A stretch of 63,996 nucleotides of DNA, filler included, from Sphacelaria rigidula (taxonomy: Eukaryota): assembly GCA_964200075.2 (NCBI GenBank). It is 3 parts of 3 records of this genome, joined end to end, with 100 filler letters (N's around TTAATTAATTAA, not from the genome) between each part and the next. Parts side by side here need not be neighbours in the genome. Positions count along the whole stretch, not along the records: positions 43,452 to 63,996 come from CAXNAA020000519.1; 2 more parts are not named here. One strand, written 5' to 3'. Made by a program: the position numbers and the translations under genes. The notes under the pieces were generated by a model. It was not told the DNA's origin. It saw only the letters and a program-made list of their open reading frames with translations, and did not search any database. Positions within the stretch are counted from its first letter, which is position 1. The number at the start of each line of letters is the position of its first letter. This document shows, piece after piece, positions 61,245-63,996 of the stretch.

Positions 61245-63844
61245 CCGTATGGAGTAAAGCACGTCGACGTTGTTGCTTTCAGTTGCAAGCTTTTCTTCAT
61301 CGCCATGTAGGCGATTCCCCCCCTTACCCGTCTGGTCCGGCGAAAACCCGGCGTGCTCCGTCCCGGCTTTGTAGGGATGCGAGGTCAATGGTCTGAAGAC
61401 TATGGCAGGCATGATCATGAGTACACCCCCCCCTTACCCGTCTGTTCTCTTGCCACATTGCCATGGTGAGTCTCTAACCCCAGGATTGCTTGACGCGTTG
61501 GTGGCACCATGATGGAGGTCGTGCTGCATTTGTTGCTGTCGGTCATATTCTGTTGTGTGTGTTTTTTTTGCAAAACTTGCTCTAGTCCACGTAGTTCAGT
61601 AGTGGCTTCTCCTGACTGCGTTTTTGGTGGGGAAAAGACCTTGAAGAAAAAGGCCGGGTCGTTGCCGCGCATACTGTTCGTCATTATTTTTTCCTGCATA
61701 CCACAGCACTTGGTTGTTCCAAGACGCGTGAAGATGAGCACGAGCAATGATCGCTGATGTAGCGAGCAGAACACGTCACTCATGTTTGTACAGATAATTT
61801 TCGAGTGGTCTTCCGTGGGCGCGTCGTTGAGTGTGGCCTCGCATTCGGTGGGTGGCAGCGCAAAATCAACAATGGAAAACTATCGACCGCGACAGCCGCA
61901 CTCTTAGAGCGCGTTGGCACTGTCGGCCTGACTGAAGTCCCTCATCTGTGTTGTCCGCACAGAAGCCGAGCGAAGTGTTCCTAGCAACAAACTGAGCAAA
62001 ATATTTGAAAATGGAGCAGTTTCGGGTTCTGGAGATTTGCCTGTCGCCGCTCCGGACTTTCAGGGCGTAGTTCTCGTCATCTCCCATCCATCCCTCCTCC
62101 CTCCTGTCCCCCACATACTCATAGCATGTTTTCGTTGTTCCCTCGTCGCCAGCTAAACGTGCATCCGCCCGAAATATTCTGCTGGTTTTTTTTTTTGCCA
62201 ATACTTGAATTTCTCGCTCGAAGGTGCTGACCGTCTGCTTCTTCATCTGTGCGTGCGTGGTTTCGGGAAATGCTAATGCGGGATTCAATGTGGTTCTGAC
62301 GGCCATGATGTACGTGGTATATGTGGCGATTTTGGCTGCAGTCTTCAACAAGAAGCGCTCTGTGAGTGTCGACACAGGAACGGAAAGATGAAACCTTGGT
62401 CACCAAATCGACAGCTGCAGCGGAGCAACCTGCGATGGCATGAACTTATGTCCAAAGCTCATTTTATTTTGCGGTCGCCGTTGTCGGTGCTCTTGATTTC
62501 GATTTGTACCTGAACACTTGTTGTGAGGAGATCAAGCCATAGGTTCATGTTTTTTAGGCGCACTTTGTCACCGAGGGTGTCAGCTGCATCCTCGCTCCGT
62601 TGGCTGTCCTTACCCCAACCTGAGCACAGTTGCTGGTTGGTTCGTTATGGTTTTGGTCTCCTGTTCGACACCGGTGCTGTCTTACGGGTGCTATGGTACC
62701 ACAGCCCTGTTTTTCTTGCTGCTTGCGCTCATTCTTGAGGTGTGTGTGTGTGTGGCCCGTTTTTATCGAAAGAACGCTTCACAGTTCGAACGGCTCGCCA
62801 TGCCACACAACACCTGTTCTTTTGATTACGCTTCTGTGTGCTAACTAGATGTGGATATCACTACACACATGGGATTTTCCCCACGGTGTGACGCGTATGC
62901 AATCGTAGGCCTGGCGGACCTATTTTTTACTCGAGTGCAAGAAAAGTCTCGTTGATAGTTGATCGTTGACCACCTTGCTGCGGTATCGTAACATTAGCCG
63001 CCTGTCTTGACCAGCTGCTTCCGTTTTTTTTTCGGTCCGTTTTACTGTTTGGATTTGTGGTATGCCGTCAGGTGGATGGGGGGTTGGATACGGCCATGGC
63101 GGTCGCACCGATGATCGGAGGGGGATTAATTGGAGCTACCACCATGATGGCGTTTCTTTCTCTCATGACCGCCATCTATTGGGGGGAAATGTCTGGGTGA
63201 GCAAGAAGACCTGTGTACATCACTTTTTGCACGTTACCCCGCCCCCCCCCCCGTCCCCAGTGGTTTGGACCACAGACAAGTGTTTTCAAAATTGACCAAA
63301 ATACATACTAATATCTTTCTGCGGGCATCAGCTAGATCCGAGGTGACCAGATAGTTTTCTACCGCGTTTTCAATTACGTGTAAGGTGGGTATCCCGGAAA
63401 CTTGGCAGCTCAAATTATGTCTGCATTTCATCAGTTCGGTCTTTCTAACTCGCGGCCAGCTCCCGTCAATCTCTCGACAGGTTGTAAATCCTTACGCCCG
63501 AGTCTATCCAGCGAACGAGTGTTTGATTTTATTGAAGTTCCGTTGAGAAGTCTGGTTACGCTCGGAATTGGAGTGCTTGTGCTTGGAGTAGCCGTACCCG
63601 CTTCCCCCGTTGGAAATGGATCAAACTCGGAAGTGGGGTGTGTGATGCTAATCTGTTGTAGGGTCAAAGATACGTTTCCCTTGGAGCCGTGACCGTGACG
63701 TCTCCCTGTCACTGTCGTAGGCTACCTCGAATAGAGATGTTGGTGCTGACGAAGGAGACGGCAGAGTCGACTTTTGTTTGCACTGCCGGTGCAGTGATGA
63801 CAAGCTGTCTGCTCCCACCAAAAACAACGAACTACTTCCATCCT

Positions 63845-63855
63845 GCCCCCCCCTC

Positions 63856-63896
<41 letters not shown>

Positions 63897-63996
63897 CCCC
63901 CCCCCCCCGCCCCCCCCCCCCCCCCCGCCCCCCGCCCCCCCCCCCCCCGCCCGCCCCCCCCCCGCCCCCCCCCCCCCCGCCCCCCCCCCCCCCCCC
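63845..63996. repeat. Poly-C tract at the window end
   Basis: Near-homopolymer C run. Confidence 0.9.

Noticed and set aside
63845-63996. Telomere or G-quadruplex array
   Set aside because: A near-homopolymer C run without a telomeric unit. Similar runs at other contig ends and gaps suggest low-quality sequence.

Overview
This is eukaryotic, intron-rich and repeat-rich genomic DNA. The small GT-AG exons, kb-scale introns and the RTE/SINE/MITE content best fit a stramenopile, most likely a brown alga (inference). The window is three unrelated contigs joined by artificial 100-nt spacers (N44-TTAATTAATTAA-N44 at 21636-21735 and 43352-43451). Contig 1 carries a 5'-partial multi-exon plus-strand gene (927-14940) for an uncharacterised protein with degenerate EF-hand-like segments and an acidic low-complexity tail; its introns hold a decayed Mutator-like transposase and foldback elements. 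Contig 2 carries the middle and 3' exons of VPS53 (GARP complex subunit) on the minus strand; I traced nine exons with consistent splice phases (25337-35606). Contig 3 is mostly transposon-derived. It contains a near full-length decayed RTE-clade LINE (about 50871-55000, minus) whose ORF begins with two tandem PAM2-like (PABP-binding) motifs, an adjacent Mutator-like remnant folded into two long hairpins (Mu killer-like architecture), and a hAT-type MITE with an 8-bp target-site duplication. Two tRNA-derived SINE families and several 5'-truncated RTE tails are scattered across the contigs. Most short ORFs in the supplied track are spurious. All family assignments come from motif recognition by eye, not from database searches.
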